63,981 nucleotides of DNA from Actinomycetota bacterium (GCA_030603185.1 JAUVYG010000001.1:1-63981), one strand, 5' to 3'. Shown: positions 10,972 through 21,012, numbered from the stretch's first letter. The notes: generated from the letters alone by a model not told the origin. Program-made: numbers and translations.

Positions 10972-12342
10972 TTGCGCTACACCGCTCTGACAGATCCTGA
11001 CATAGCCTCGATGTTAGAGGTGATAGGCGCCGACTCCATCGACCAGATCCTTCTAGAGCAAATACCTGAGAGTATTGGGATTGACCGAGAGTATGAGCTT
11101 CCTGCGGAGTCTTCCGAAAGCGCCACCATGCGTCACATGCGTGATTTGGCCAGCATGAATACCGTCGTGCCACCGGAAAGATTCTTCTTGGGGGCTGGGC
11201 TATACCGGAATTATGTTCCAGCCCTTGTGAAAACGGTGATATCAAGACCTGAGTTCATGACTTCTTACACCCCGTATCAGCCTGAAGTCAGCCAGGGCAC
11301 CCTGAAGTCGATCTTCGATTATCAGACAGTGATGTCCGAGCTGACCGGGATGCCCGTGTCCAATGCCTCCATGTACGATGGGGCCAGCAGCCTAGCTGAG
11401 GCGGTAAAACTTTCTATCAAGAAAACAGGCCGGAAAAAGGTGGTTATCTGCTCGGCAACCAATCCGGAGTATGTTGATACGGTCGCTACTTATATCGCGC
11501 CCCTTGGCGGCATCATCCATTCCATTCCTCACACGAACGGGGTCACGAATCCCGATGATGTTCGTGAGTGCACAGATGAACAGACATGCTGCGTAGTGTT
11601 GTCCCAGCCGAACTATTTTGGGTTCGTAGAGAGAGCCCAAGAGATAGCTGCGATCACAAAGGCTGAAGGTGCGCTTTCGATTGCTGTGGTCAACCCATGC
11701 ACACTTGGGCTGCTCGCTCCGCCAGGAGAGTGGGGGGCGGACGTCGTCGTAGGGGAGGGCCAGCCGCTGGGTTTGCCAGTATCATTCGGCGGACCCGGTT
11801 TCGGATTTTTTCTGACCATGACCGAGTATTTGCGTGATCTTCCCGGCCGTGTCTGTGGCATGACTACTGACGCCGAAGGCCGCGATGGATATGTGTTGAC
11901 TCTGCAGGCTAGGGAGCAACACATCAGGCGCGACAGGGCGACTTCGAATATCTGCACTAATCACCAGCTGTCAGCTCTGGCTGCCGCCGTATACCTGATG
12001 ACACTTGGTGGTAAAGGCGTAGCGAACTTGTCTGTGGGGCTATTCAATCGCACTCGATGGTTGCAAGCCAGGGTGAGGGAGTCCGAGAATCTGGCGCTAG
12101 TCTTTCCCGAGAATACGTCATTTGGGGATGTTCTTATACGTGGCTCCGGCCCCGGGGTAAACGGGTTCAGGGCGGCAAGGGCAAAGATGGTGTCGGCTGG
12201 GTTTGAGCCCGGACTCGAAATCGGGGCCTCTTTTCAGATAGATGATGGTGCGATGTTGGTGGCCGTCAATGACCAGATGACACCGGAAGACATCGATCTG
12301 TTCGTAAAGACATTGGACCGGGCAGTGGGTGGTCATGTCTAA
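10972..12342 (+). CDS. gcvPA: Glycine dehydrogenase (decarboxylating) subunit 1
   Basis: 456 aa. FMTSYTPYQPEVSQGTL motif. Position between gcvH and gcvPB. Confidence 0.9.
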   Translation: MRYTALTDPDIASMLEVIGADSIDQILLEQIPESIGIDREYELPAESSESATMRHMRDLASMNTVVPPERFFLGAGLYRNYVPALVKTVISRPEFMTSYTPYQPEVSQGTLKSIFDYQTVMSELTGMPVSNASMYDGASSLAEAVKLSIKKTGRKKVVICSATNPEYVDTVATYIAPLGGIIHSIPHTNGVTNPDDVRECTDEQTCCVVLSQPNYFGFVERAQEIAAITKAEGALSIAVVNPCTLGLLAPPGEWGADVVVGEGQPLGLPVSFGGPGFGFFLTMTEYLRDLPGRVCGMTTDAEGRDGYVLTLQAREQHIRRDRATSNICTNHQLSALAAAVYLMTLGGKGVANLSVGLFNRTRWLQARVRESENLALVFPENTSFGDVLIRGSGPGVNGFRAARAKMVSAGFEPGLEIGASFQIDDGAMLVAVNDQMTPEDIDLFVKTLDRAVGGHV

Positions 12343-13744
12343 ATCCGATGTGGGCCATGTTCAGTCCTTCGGTACTGCAGAAGAGGCACGAAGCGGTCTT
12401 TCCAGTTTTGACCTGAGACACACCGCGCCCGATATAGCTGATCGAAGCGAAGGGGAGCTGGCTCGATACTTCAATGGACTTGCAGATCGCAACTACCACA
12501 TCGACAAAGGAATCTATCCCTTGGGCTCGTGCACGATGAAGTACAACCCAAAAGTCAATGACTCAGCTGCTGCACTTGCCGGCTTTGAAGACATTCATCC
12601 TCATCAAGAAAGCGGAGGAGTCCAAGGCGCACTTCAGCTCATTCACACCCTTTCGGGTTGGCTGGGAAAGATAACCGGGCTCCCAGCAGTCTCTTTACAG
12701 CCAGCCGCTGGCGCTCATGGTGAACTAGTCGGGATGCTGATTGCTCGCGCCCATTTTAGGGAGCTCGGCCAAGAAAGGTCGACTGTCCTTATCCCTGACT
12801 CCGCCCACGGGACCAACCCTGCCTCAGCGACAGCAGCTGGATTCAAGTCGGTTGTTGTCGCATCTGGGGCTGACGGACTTATTGATATTGAAGACCTCCA
12901 GTTAAAGCTCACCGGTGATGTTGCCGCCGTGATGATGACCAATCCGAACACACATGGTCTTTTCGAAGCCCAAGTTCAGACAGTTAGCTCCATGGCGCGG
13001 GAGTGCGGGGCTCTGATGTATTTGGACGGAGCGAATCTTAACGCCTTGCTGGGCGTGACGGACGCTGCAATACAAGGGTTTGATATCTGCCACGTGAACC
13101 TCCACAAGACCTTCTCCACCCCGCACGGGGGAGGGGGGCCTGGTGCCGGTGGTCTCTGTGTCACGTCTCAGCTCGAAAAATACCTACCCGATCCACTGAT
13201 CAAGCTGACTGAATCCGGCTATTCCATTGCCGAAGGCAGGGATCATAGCATTGGTCGATCACGCAGCTACTTTGGAAACTTCGCAAATATTGTTCGTGCG
13301 TACACCTATATCTTGTCGCTCGGGCCAGCTGGGTTGAACGATGTGGGTAGAACGGCCGTTCTGAACGCAAACTACCTGCTTGCCAGAATACACCCGCGGC
13401 TGACAGCTCCATTTGGGAACCGATGCATGCATGAGTTCATTGTTAGCGCTGAGTCATTGAAAAGAGAACAGGGTATCAGAGCCTTGGATATTTCTAAGGC
13501 TCTGCTTGATCGGGGGGTGCATGCTCCCACGATGTATTTCCCGCTAACCGTTCCTGAAGCGCTCCTTGTGGAGCCCACAGAAACTGAGTCTTTAGAGAGT
13601 CTGGACGGGTTCGCGACTCTATTGGATGAAGCTGTAGAGTGGCTGATTGCGAACCCCAGTCTTGCAGATGAGTTACCCACGACCACACCGGTGGCCAAGC
13701 TTGACGAGGCGACAGCCGCGAGACAACCTCACCTTCGCGGCTAG
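12329..13744 (+). CDS. gcvPB: Glycine dehydrogenase (decarboxylating) subunit 2
   Basis: PLP-lysine region HVNLHKTFSTPHGGGGPG. 471 aa. Confidence 0.92.
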   Translation: MVMSKSDVGHVQSFGTAEEARSGLSSFDLRHTAPDIADRSEGELARYFNGLADRNYHIDKGIYPLGSCTMKYNPKVNDSAAALAGFEDIHPHQESGGVQGALQLIHTLSGWLGKITGLPAVSLQPAAGAHGELVGMLIARAHFRELGQERSTVLIPDSAHGTNPASATAAGFKSVVVASGADGLIDIEDLQLKLTGDVAAVMMTNPNTHGLFEAQVQTVSSMARECGALMYLDGANLNALLGVTDAAIQGFDICHVNLHKTFSTPHGGGGPGAGGLCVTSQLEKYLPDPLIKLTESGYSIAEGRDHSIGRSRSYFGNFANIVRAYTYILSLGPAGLNDVGRTAVLNANYLLARIHPRLTAPFGNRCMHEFIVSAESLKREQGIRALDISKALLDRGVHAPTMYFPLTVPEALLVEPTETESLESLDGFATLLDEAVEWLIANPSLADELPTTTPVAKLDEATAARQPHLRG

Positions 13745-13750
13745 GGCCCG

Positions 13751-14440
13751 GTGGATACTGTGTCTCCACTACTCTCTCTGCTGCGAGTTGACCCTCCAAA
13801 TTCCGGGTGTCACAACATGGACATGGATAGCTCCATGTTTGAGGCGTTTCGCGCTGGACATTACGGAGGCGGGGCAATAGTGAGGATCTACGGATGGGCT
13901 GAGAACACGATTAGCCTGGGTCGCTTTCAGGAAGCTGGCACTTTGGCTGCAACTAGCCTGGATATCGTCAAAAGGCCTACCGGAGGAAGAGCCGTTGTGC
14001 ATACTCCCGATGAAGTCACATACATGGTGGCGGGGGGGACCCGAGCTGGTTTTCCTGCGGGTTTGTCCACCAGCTATGAGTTGGTCTCCCAGGTCCTCGT
14101 GGGGGCCTTCGCACGCTTGGGTGTGGATGTGCACAGGCCTGATACCGGCAAGTACCATCACCGTGCTGACTGTTTTGGGTCAGCAACAAGCAGTGATCTT
14201 ACCGTTGAGGGTAAGAAGATATGTGGAGGAGCACAGCGAAGAATCAGTGACGATTTCCTTCAACACGGAACTATCCTGGTGACGGAGGAGCAAAGGATAG
14301 CTCAACTGTCTGTCAGCCAGGAAAATGCGGTTCTGGATGCCACGTCTATAGAGGAAGTAGTCGGGAGGGTTTCCAGAGAAGATGTCATCGGGGCGATATA
14401 TGCTGAGGTCAGTTGCATCTGGCCTTCTTGTAGACTCTAA
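13751..14440 (+). CDS. Lipoate-protein ligase / octanoyltransferase family protein (BPL/LPL catalytic domain)
   Basis: SLGRFQ, KRPTGGRAVVH and KKICGGAQRR motifs. Directly follows the gcv genes. Confidence 0.75.
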   Translation: MDTVSPLLSLLRVDPPNSGCHNMDMDSSMFEAFRAGHYGGGAIVRIYGWAENTISLGRFQEAGTLAATSLDIVKRPTGGRAVVHTPDEVTYMVAGGTRAGFPAGLSTSYELVSQVLVGAFARLGVDVHRPDTGKYHHRADCFGSATSSDLTVEGKKICGGAQRRISDDFLQHGTILVTEEQRIAQLSVSQENAVLDATSIEEVVGRVSREDVIGAIYAEVSCIWPSCRL

Positions 14441-14456
14441 AGTGGTGGTTTAGAAT
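14428..14456 (+). promoter_or_regulatory. Candidate promoter TTGTAG-17 nt-TAGAAT
   Basis: Hexamers at 14428-14433 and 14451-14456, located 50 nt upstream of ATG 14507. Confidence 0.4.
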
Positions 14457-14506
14457 GAGGTTCCGCGTTCGCGGGGAAAGTCCCGCTTGATCCTGGGAAG
14501 GTAGTT

Positions 14507-14839
14507 ATGACTGAAGGCGCACATACAGAACATGAATTGAATGAAGTACTGACCGATCTCGGAGACAAGTCCGAGGCTGAGCTCAAGCAGATTCTCGACG
14601 AACTGTACGCGGAAGAATCACGCCTGTCGTATCGCCGACGCATTTTGCACGGTCGAATCGACATTGTGCGCAATGAATTAGTTGCACGCATGAAAAAGTC
14701 AGTTCACGAGGGCAAATTATCCTTTGGACCTGAAGATATCGCTCGGTTATCAGAGATCTTGGCGCGAGAGGGCACGGTATCTAATGCTTTTCGCGAGATC
14801 AATCCTGACGAGCTGAGTGACGAGAGCGTCTTCAAATAG
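14507..14839 (+). CDS. Small helical protein with one RsiG-like c-di-GMP-binding motif
   Basis: 110 aa. GGAAGG RBS. Helix AELKQILDELYAEESRLSYRRRILHGRIDIVRNEL carries E37-x3-S41-x2-R44-x3-H48-x3-D52. Confidence 0.55.
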   Translation: MTEGAHTEHELNEVLTDLGDKSEAELKQILDELYAEESRLSYRRRILHGRIDIVRNELVARMKKSVHEGKLSFGPEDIARLSEILAREGTVSNAFREINPDELSDESVFK

Positions 14840-14850
14840 GTCAAACAGGA

Positions 14851-15297
14851 ATGCTTTGCGAGACCTGCGGAACGGAAAATCCGTCCGGCTCGATAAAATG
14901 CCAAAACTGCGGACAGTCTCTAGCATCCACTGGGGTGACCATCAACTTTCCTTTGCGCCAGAACGAGGCTCAATCTGGCGGAACAGCAGCAGCCCCCGGG
15001 CGAAGTGGGGCTCACCTTATGGTTGTAAAGGGTTCACACAGCGAACAAGAGATCCAGCTGGTTGGAACTGAGACCATCATCGGTCGTGATCCTGAAAGCA
15101 CCATTTTTCTCAACGATGTTACTGTGTCGCGAAAGCATGCAGAGATCTCATTAATCAAAGAACGGTTCACACTCAAAGACTCTGGAAGCCTGAACGGTAC
15201 CTACCTGAATGGGGAGAGGGTCGACGAGGCCGAACTAAAGAGTGGCGACGAATTATGGATAGGCAAATATAAGATGATTTTCGTGATCGGTGAATAG
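14851..15297 (+). CDS. Zinc-ribbon + FHA domain protein (GarA/OdhI-like position)
   Basis: N-terminal CETCGTENPSGSIKCQNCG. FHA core IIGRDPESTIFLNDVTVSRKHAEI...LKDSGSLNGTYLNG. Confidence 0.85.
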   Translation: MLCETCGTENPSGSIKCQNCGQSLASTGVTINFPLRQNEAQSGGTAAAPGRSGAHLMVVKGSHSEQEIQLVGTETIIGRDPESTIFLNDVTVSRKHAEISLIKERFTLKDSGSLNGTYLNGERVDEAELKSGDELWIGKYKMIFVIGE

Positions 15298-15302
15298 AAC
15301 CC

Positions 15303-16010
15303 ATGGCTGATGAGCTTCTATCAATAGGCAAGGTCGTCGATGAGCTCTCTGAGCAATTCAAGGGTGTGAGTGTCAGCAAGATACGATTCCTTGAGTCTGA
15401 GGGCCTGATTAAGCCGACCAGAACGCAGGGTGGCTACAGAAAATTCACTCGAGACGACCTGGAAGACCTACGAGCGATACTTCGGATGCAAAGCGATGAA
15501 TATCTTCCCCTTAGCGTTATCAAACAACGGCTGAAAGATATGCCGAGAAATGGAACGCGTGAAGCTTCCACGGAAGGACTATCGGCTTCTTCTGATTCTG
15601 ATGTCTTCCCTGGAGGGCAGAGCACTGTTGGCGCAGAGCAGCTTGCAAAGCTGTCGGGCTTGTCTGAGGACACAGTGAACGAACTGGTGAAAGTGGGGAT
15701 GATCACTCCCACTGCAGATGACGACGGCAAACCATCCTTTAGCCTTCGAGCCCTTGGCGTGGTTGAAATTGCTCGAGAGCTCGGCAGGTACGGCCTTGAG
15801 CCTCGGCACATGCGCATGTACACCAGTTTTGTTGGTCGCGAGGCAGCACTTTGTGGTCAGATTCTCGGAGTAAGCCCCAAGAGGACGCCGGAGTCTCGCC
15901 AGAAGGCGAGAGTGGCGCTGGATGAGTTCACTTCGGCACTATCTAGGCTGAGAACGTCTCTCCTAGAAGACAACCTTAAGACCACCTTCAAAGACCTTTA
16001 CGAGGACTAG
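15303..16010 (+). CDS. MerR-family transcriptional regulator (FtsR-like position)
   Basis: HTH region LSIGKVVDELSEQFKGVSVSKIRFLESEGLIKPTRTQGGYRKFT. Confidence 0.85.
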   Translation: MADELLSIGKVVDELSEQFKGVSVSKIRFLESEGLIKPTRTQGGYRKFTRDDLEDLRAILRMQSDEYLPLSVIKQRLKDMPRNGTREASTEGLSASSDSDVFPGGQSTVGAEQLAKLSGLSEDTVNELVKVGMITPTADDDGKPSFSLRALGVVEIARELGRYGLEPRHMRMYTSFVGREAALCGQILGVSPKRTPESRQKARVALDEFTSALSRLRTSLLEDNLKTTFKDLYED

Positions 16011-16012
16011 TT

Positions 16013-17350
16013 ATGTTCGAGATTCTTTCCGATAGGCTCCAGCAGACCTTCAAGCGACTCAAGGGTCATGGAAAAGTCACAGAGGCACATCTGGACGAGG
16101 CCATGAAAGAGCTGCGCCTAGCCCTTCTTGAGGCTGATGTTAACTTCAAGGTCGTTAAGCAATTCACAAGCAAAGTGAAAGAACGTGCCCTAGGGGCAGA
16201 GGTGATGAAGAGCCTTACTCCGGCACAGCAGATCATCAAGGTCGTTCGCGAGGAATTGGAAGCGCTGATGGGTGGGCAAGCGGCCCCACTATCCCTTTCT
16301 CCCAGTCCGCCCACTGTCATGATGGTAGTTGGACTCCAAGGTGCTGGTAAGACGACCACCTGCGCAAAACTGGCGGCTCACTACAAAAAGCAAGGCAAGA
16401 GAACTAGCGTAATCGCTGCTGACATGCAAAGACCGGCAGCCGTAGAGCAGCTCAAACAACTTGGAAGTGATTGGGACTTCGAGGTCTACTCTGGCTCAGA
16501 GGATCCGGTGACCATAGCCAAGAACGGTCTTGAGCACGCCAAGAGTCACGGGCACGCTGTAGTCATTATTGATACAGCCGGCCGACTGCACATTGACGAC
16601 GAGCTGATGTCCGAGCTTGAAAACATGCGCGCACTAAAGCCCCACCACGTTCTATTGGTCGTAGACGCAATGACAGGTCAGGAATCTGTAAACCTTGCAG
16701 TTGCATTCGACGAGCGTGTTGGTCTGGACGGTGTGATACTCACCAAAATGGACGGTGACGCTCGAGGTGGCGCGGCCCTATCGATTGCCCAGGTCACTGG
16801 CAAGCCTATCCGTTATGTAAGCGCCGGTGAGAAGCCTGACTCCTTGGACATTTTTCATCCAGATAGGATGGCTCAAAGAATCCTTGGGATGGGTGATGTT
16901 CTGTCTCTCATAGAGAGGGCAGAAGATACTCTCGAGAAAGACAAGATGGAAGAGCAGGCCAAAAAGATGCTCTCAGCAGACTTCGATCTCAGCGATTTTC
17001 TGATCCAAATGGAACAGGTCAAGAAGCTTGGGCCGCTGTCTTCGATTCTTGAGATGCTCCCAGGTATGCCAGCTGGCGCCGCAAAAAACATGAAAGTTGA
17101 CGACAATGCGGTCGCCCGAATGGAGGCCATTGTTCTCTCGATGACTCCCGGTGAAAGACGTGAACCCGGAATTCTGAATGGGTCCAGGAAAGCTCGGATT
17201 GCCGCGGGTAGTGGCACCACCATTCATGACCTCAATCAACTTATTAAGAATTTCAATCAGTCCAAGAAGATGATGAAGCAGATGGGCGGCAAGCAGATGA
17301 AAAAGATGCTTGGCGGAAAAGGACTGTTCAATGGTGGCTTTGGAGAGTAA
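16013..17350 (+). CDS. ffh: Signal recognition particle protein
   Basis: GLQGAGKTTT and DTAGR motifs, plus a Met-rich M domain at the C-terminus. Confidence 0.95.
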   Translation: MFEILSDRLQQTFKRLKGHGKVTEAHLDEAMKELRLALLEADVNFKVVKQFTSKVKERALGAEVMKSLTPAQQIIKVVREELEALMGGQAAPLSLSPSPPTVMMVVGLQGAGKTTTCAKLAAHYKKQGKRTSVIAADMQRPAAVEQLKQLGSDWDFEVYSGSEDPVTIAKNGLEHAKSHGHAVVIIDTAGRLHIDDELMSELENMRALKPHHVLLVVDAMTGQESVNLAVAFDERVGLDGVILTKMDGDARGGAALSIAQVTGKPIRYVSAGEKPDSLDIFHPDRMAQRILGMGDVLSLIERAEDTLEKDKMEEQAKKMLSADFDLSDFLIQMEQVKKLGPLSSILEMLPGMPAGAAKNMKVDDNAVARMEAIVLSMTPGERREPGILNGSRKARIAAGSGTTIHDLNQLIKNFNQSKKMMKQMGGKQMKKMLGGKGLFNGGFGE

Positions 17351-17406
17351 TCTGACAGGGTTGCCTATTTACATATTCGATTCTTGAGAGGAGGTTGTAA
17401 CGAGTT

Positions 17407-17655
17407 TTGGCAGTAAAGATCAGGTTGGCTCGCCGAGGAGCTAAGAAGCAGCCCTACTACAGAATAGTAGCCGCAGATTCCCGTAGTCCAAGAGACGGTA
17501 AGTTTCTTGAGATCATAGGACGTTATAACCCAATGACAGATCCGTCCACCATTACGATCGACGCGGACAAGGCCAAGAAATGGCTGGATCAAGGTGCACA
17601 GCCTTCAGACACAGTAGCGAAGCTGCTTTCCATTTCTGGCATAGAGCGCAGCTAG
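17407..17655 (+). CDS. rpsP: 30S ribosomal protein S16
   Basis: TTG start after [29 protein letters not shown]. Confidence 0.93.
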   Translation: MAVKIRLARRGAKKQPYYRIVAADSRSPRDGKFLEIIGRYNPMTDPSTITIDADKAKKWLDQGAQPSDTVAKLLSISGIERS

Positions 17656-17674
17656 TAAGGGCGAAAGGTTAGCA

Positions 17675-17905
17675 TTGGAAGAAGTTCTTGAGTACGTAGT
17701 CAAAGCTATCGTTGAGAACCCTGACAAAGTCAGCATCGAGCGTGTTGAGACCGACAGGGGAACGATTCTTGAGTTGCGTGTTGATCCAGAGGATCTGGGC
17801 CGGGTTATCGGGCGCCAAGGTAGAATAGCCAAGGCTATAAGGACCGTGATGAAGGCTGCCGGAAGCAAATTCGGTGAGCGCGCGATGGTTGAGATAGTCG
17901 AGTAG
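17675..17905 (+). CDS. KH-domain RNA-binding protein (YlqC/UPF0109)
   Basis: GRVIGRQGRIAKAIRTV KH motif. Conserved position between rpsP and rimM. Confidence 0.85.
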   Translation: MEEVLEYVVKAIVENPDKVSIERVETDRGTILELRVDPEDLGRVIGRQGRIAKAIRTVMKAAGSKFGERAMVEIVE

Positions 17906-17908
17906 CTC

Positions 17909-18424
17909 ATGAGCGACCGGCTCGTACTGGTCGGTAATGTAGTTTCGGCTCATGGCCTGCACGGAGAATTCAAGGTCTACCCGACCACAGACTTTCCCGA
18001 AGAGCGTTTTGCCCCCGGGGCAGATATCTACCTCAATGACGAAAGTAATCCCGTGACGATTACCCGTCACAGAAGACAGATGAAGTTTCTTCTGATAACG
18101 CTTAAGGGTGTCAATACTCGCGAGAAAGCTCAATCTCTTAAAGGTTCACAGTTTTTTGCGGAGCGGGAAGAGGGCCTTTCCTTGCCTGAGCAGACATATT
18201 GGGTGGACGATCTTGTGGGTTGCTCAGTAACTCATGCAGACACCAATGAGGTCATAGGCACGATCGCAGAGGTACTCGAGTACCCCGCAAATGATGTCTA
18301 TGTAGTTCGAGCAGACTCAGATGGTCGATCGATTCTGGTCCCCGCTATTCACGAGGTAGTTGTCGAGGTAGACATCGCATCCAGGGTAGTCCACATACGG
18401 CCCTTAGATGGTTTGTTGGACTAG
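17909..18424 (+). CDS. rimM: 16S rRNA processing protein RimM
   Basis: GNVVSAHGLHGEFKV N-terminus, plus synteny. Confidence 0.88.
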   Translation: MSDRLVLVGNVVSAHGLHGEFKVYPTTDFPEERFAPGADIYLNDESNPVTITRHRRQMKFLLITLKGVNTREKAQSLKGSQFFAEREEGLSLPEQTYWVDDLVGCSVTHADTNEVIGTIAEVLEYPANDVYVVRADSDGRSILVPAIHEVVVEVDIASRVVHIRPLDGLLD

Positions 18425-18435
18425 AGGAGAACCCT

Positions 18436-19122
18436 TTGCGCATAGACATCATCTCGATATTTCCCGAGTATTTTCATTCCCCGCTCAAGCAGAGTCTTAT
18501 AGCAAAAGCTATTGACTCAGACAACTTGGCGATCTCCGCGCACGACCTTCGCGAGTACAGTACAGATAAACATCGTAAGGTCGATGACACTCCCTATGGA
18601 GGGGGCCCAGGAATGGTCATGACGGCCCAACCCTTTTATGGCGCGGTCAATGACGTCACCGGTCGATCAGATTCGGATTACCCAGATGGGACCAGAGTCA
18701 TTATGATGGCTGCCAACGGTCGGCGGCTCGACCATGCGCTCTGTTCGGAGCTTGCTTCTGCGAAACACATTGTACTGTTGTGTGGCAGATACGAGGGTAT
18801 TGATGCCCGTGTTGAGGACAATCTGTGCACGGACGTTTTGTCTGTTGGGGACTACGTCCTGATGGGAGGAGAGGCGGCAGCCCTTACGGTCATCGAGTCT
18901 GTCGTTCGGCTGATTCCGGGGATTATCGGGAGTGAGGAGTCGATCGTCACAGAAAGCTATTCAATCGAGGGGCTTGAATATCCTCAGTACACGAAGCCCG
19001 CTGAGTTCAAAGGGGCCTCCGTTCCCGAGACGCTTCTTTCTGGTGATCATGCTCGTATCGAAAAATGGCGAATGGATGCTGGAAGGAACCGTACCGAGAA
19101 GTACCGACCGGATCTCCTATAA
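18436..19122 (+). CDS. trmD: tRNA (guanine37-N1)-methyltransferase
   Basis: IDIISIFPEYF and GRYEGIDARV motifs. Confidence 0.93.
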   Translation: MRIDIISIFPEYFHSPLKQSLIAKAIDSDNLAISAHDLREYSTDKHRKVDDTPYGGGPGMVMTAQPFYGAVNDVTGRSDSDYPDGTRVIMMAANGRRLDHALCSELASAKHIVLLCGRYEGIDARVEDNLCTDVLSVGDYVLMGGEAAALTVIESVVRLIPGIIGSEESIVTESYSIEGLEYPQYTKPAEFKGASVPETLLSGDHARIEKWRMDAGRNRTEKYRPDLL

Positions 19123-19218
19123 TTCACGGCTTTCGGGGGTAATCACCCTGTGATATACTCCTAGGGTTGCCCAAGCTGGCAGCCATTTCTGCTGGTAGAA
19201 CTAGGTACGGAGATTAAT

Positions 19219-19566
19219 ATGGAAAGAATCAGGCAAATCGAGGCCGAGCAAATAAAAGAGAACCTTCCCAGATTCGGCTCTGGAGATACCCTTGAAGTAC
19301 ACGCACGTGTAGTTGAGGGCGGTCGCGAGCGGATTCAGAAGTTCAAGGGGACAGTGATCAAGCGTCAGGGTGAGGGTGCAAGAGAGACCTTCACGATTCG
19401 AAAGACCTCTTTCGGCGTCGGTGTTGAGAGATGTTTCCCTGTGAATTCCGACAAAATAAGTGAAATATCGGTCCTTGGCCGCGGCAAGGTCCGCCGCAGC
19501 AAGCTATATTATCTACGTGAGCGTACTGGTAAACAGGCACGCATCAAGCAGAAGCGCGAAGTATAG
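19219..19566 (+). CDS. rplS: 50S ribosomal protein L19
   Basis: [29 protein letters not shown]. Confidence 0.93.
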   Translation: MERIRQIEAEQIKENLPRFGSGDTLEVHARVVEGGRERIQKFKGTVIKRQGEGARETFTIRKTSFGVGVERCFPVNSDKISEISVLGRGKVRRSKLYYLRERTGKQARIKQKREV

Positions 19567-19591
19567 TACCTAGAAAGGTCCTAACGCGGTA

Positions 19592-20218
19592 ATGGACGAA
19601 AAACCCGCATCGACCAGCAATGACTTGTTGGGCGTCCCTGGTGACGGCAAAGACGTAGTAGTAGATGAAAAGTCAGGCCTACCCCCCAAAAAGGGATTAA
19701 CAGCAAACATTCTCGAGCTATTGATGCTCGTACTCATCGCTTTTGCACTAGCGTGGCTGATCAAGAGCTTCGTGGTTCAACCGTTCTTTATCCCATCAGC
19801 ATCAATGGAGCCTACTCTGATCCCGCGGGACCATGTTCTCGTGAACAAATTCATCTACCGCTTTCAAGAGCCGAACTACGGGGACATCATGGTATTCGCC
19901 TACCCGCCTGATCCCACCAAGGACTACATCAAGCGTATGATCGGCAAACCAGGGGACAAGATAAGGCTTGAGGACGGCGTTCTATATCGAAATGGCGACA
20001 AGGTTGAAGAGGGCTACCGCCAACGACCGCTTGAAATGTCTGATTACCCAGGCGACGGCGGTGAGGCACTAGTTCCGGACGGTCACTATTTCATGATGGG
20101 CGACAATCGGGCTAACTCAGCTGACAGTCGTGTTTGGGGCTATCTTCCCGAAGCCAATATCGTAGGTAAGGCATTCGTGGTCTACTTTCCTTTTGACAGG
20201 CTGAGAACAGTACCGTGA
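19592..20218 (+). CDS. lepB: Signal peptidase I
   Basis: SASMEPTL (catalytic Ser), IKRMIG (Lys) and GDNRANSADSR boxes. Confidence 0.9.
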   Translation: MDEKPASTSNDLLGVPGDGKDVVVDEKSGLPPKKGLTANILELLMLVLIAFALAWLIKSFVVQPFFIPSASMEPTLIPRDHVLVNKFIYRFQEPNYGDIMVFAYPPDPTKDYIKRMIGKPGDKIRLEDGVLYRNGDKVEEGYRQRPLEMSDYPGDGGEALVPDGHYFMMGDNRANSADSRVWGYLPEANIVGKAFVVYFPFDRLRTVP

Positions 20219-21012
20219 TTTCTGAGCGACGGGAAACCATCGCCTCCATTCGCAAGCGGCTTGTTGAAGCCTCGATAGGGGAACTGACACCTCTGATCCG
20301 AAAATACTCCGAGGATGACCGATCCGGCGTAATGTCCGTCGTTGCGTCTGCCCAGAGGCGAGTAGCACGACAAGAACAGTTGGCTCAACGACACCAGGAG
20401 CTACTTCTCCATGAAAACTCGCTCTGGCTCGCCGGCTTCAGCAGCATTGCTGGTGTTGACGAGGTGGGGCGCGGAGCTTTGGCGGGACCAATAGTCGCAG
20501 CTGCTGTTTCCCTAGGCTGCGAAACCAAGGAGTTAGTTTCCGTAGACGACTCGAAGGTTATGTCGGCTGATGCCCGAGAGATGGCATTCGACGTGATACA
20601 TCGAATTGCTCTGGCTGTGTCTGTCAGTTGCATAGACCACGCTGACATCGATCGATACGGTATCGGGGTTGCGAACGACATGGCTCTTAGCCAAGCAGTT
20701 GCGGGTCTTGATCCGCCACCGGATTACCTTCTAAGCGACGCCTTCGAGGTTGATACACAGATTCCCAGCATGAACATCGTCAAAGGTGACTCAAAATCCT
20801 TGTCCATTGCCGCGGCATCGGTGGTTGCCAAGGTTACTAGGGATCGGATCATGGTTAAGTTGGACTCAGAGTATCCTGGCTTTGGGCTGGCATCCAACAA
20901 GGGGTATGGCAGCAGGGATCATATGATCGCACTCGCTGAGGATGGGCCCTCAAAGGTTCATAGGCTCAGCTTTGCTCCATCCGGTGGCACGCAGATGTCG
21001 TTAGAGTTCTAA
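20215..21012 (+). CDS. rnhB: Ribonuclease HII (Bacillus-type N-terminal extension)
   Basis: GVDEVGRGALAGPIVAAAV. Confidence 0.9.
   Translation: MISERRETIASIRKRLVEASIGELTPLIRKYSEDDRSGVMSVVASAQRRVARQEQLAQRHQELLLHENSLWLAGFSSIAGVDEVGRGALAGPIVAAAVSLGCETKELVSVDDSKVMSADAREMAFDVIHRIALAVSVSCIDHADIDRYGIGVANDMALSQAVAGLDPPPDYLLSDAFEVDTQIPSMNIVKGDSKSLSIAAASVVAKVTRDRIMVKLDSEYPGFGLASNKGYGSRDHMIALAEDGPSKVHRLSFAPSGGTQMSLEF

Noticed and set aside
19123-19218. rplS (L19) leader RNA or structured element in the trmD-rplS spacer.
   Set aside because: Only a TGaTATACT -10-like box and weak 4-bp stems were visible. I cannot support a structured leader by eye.
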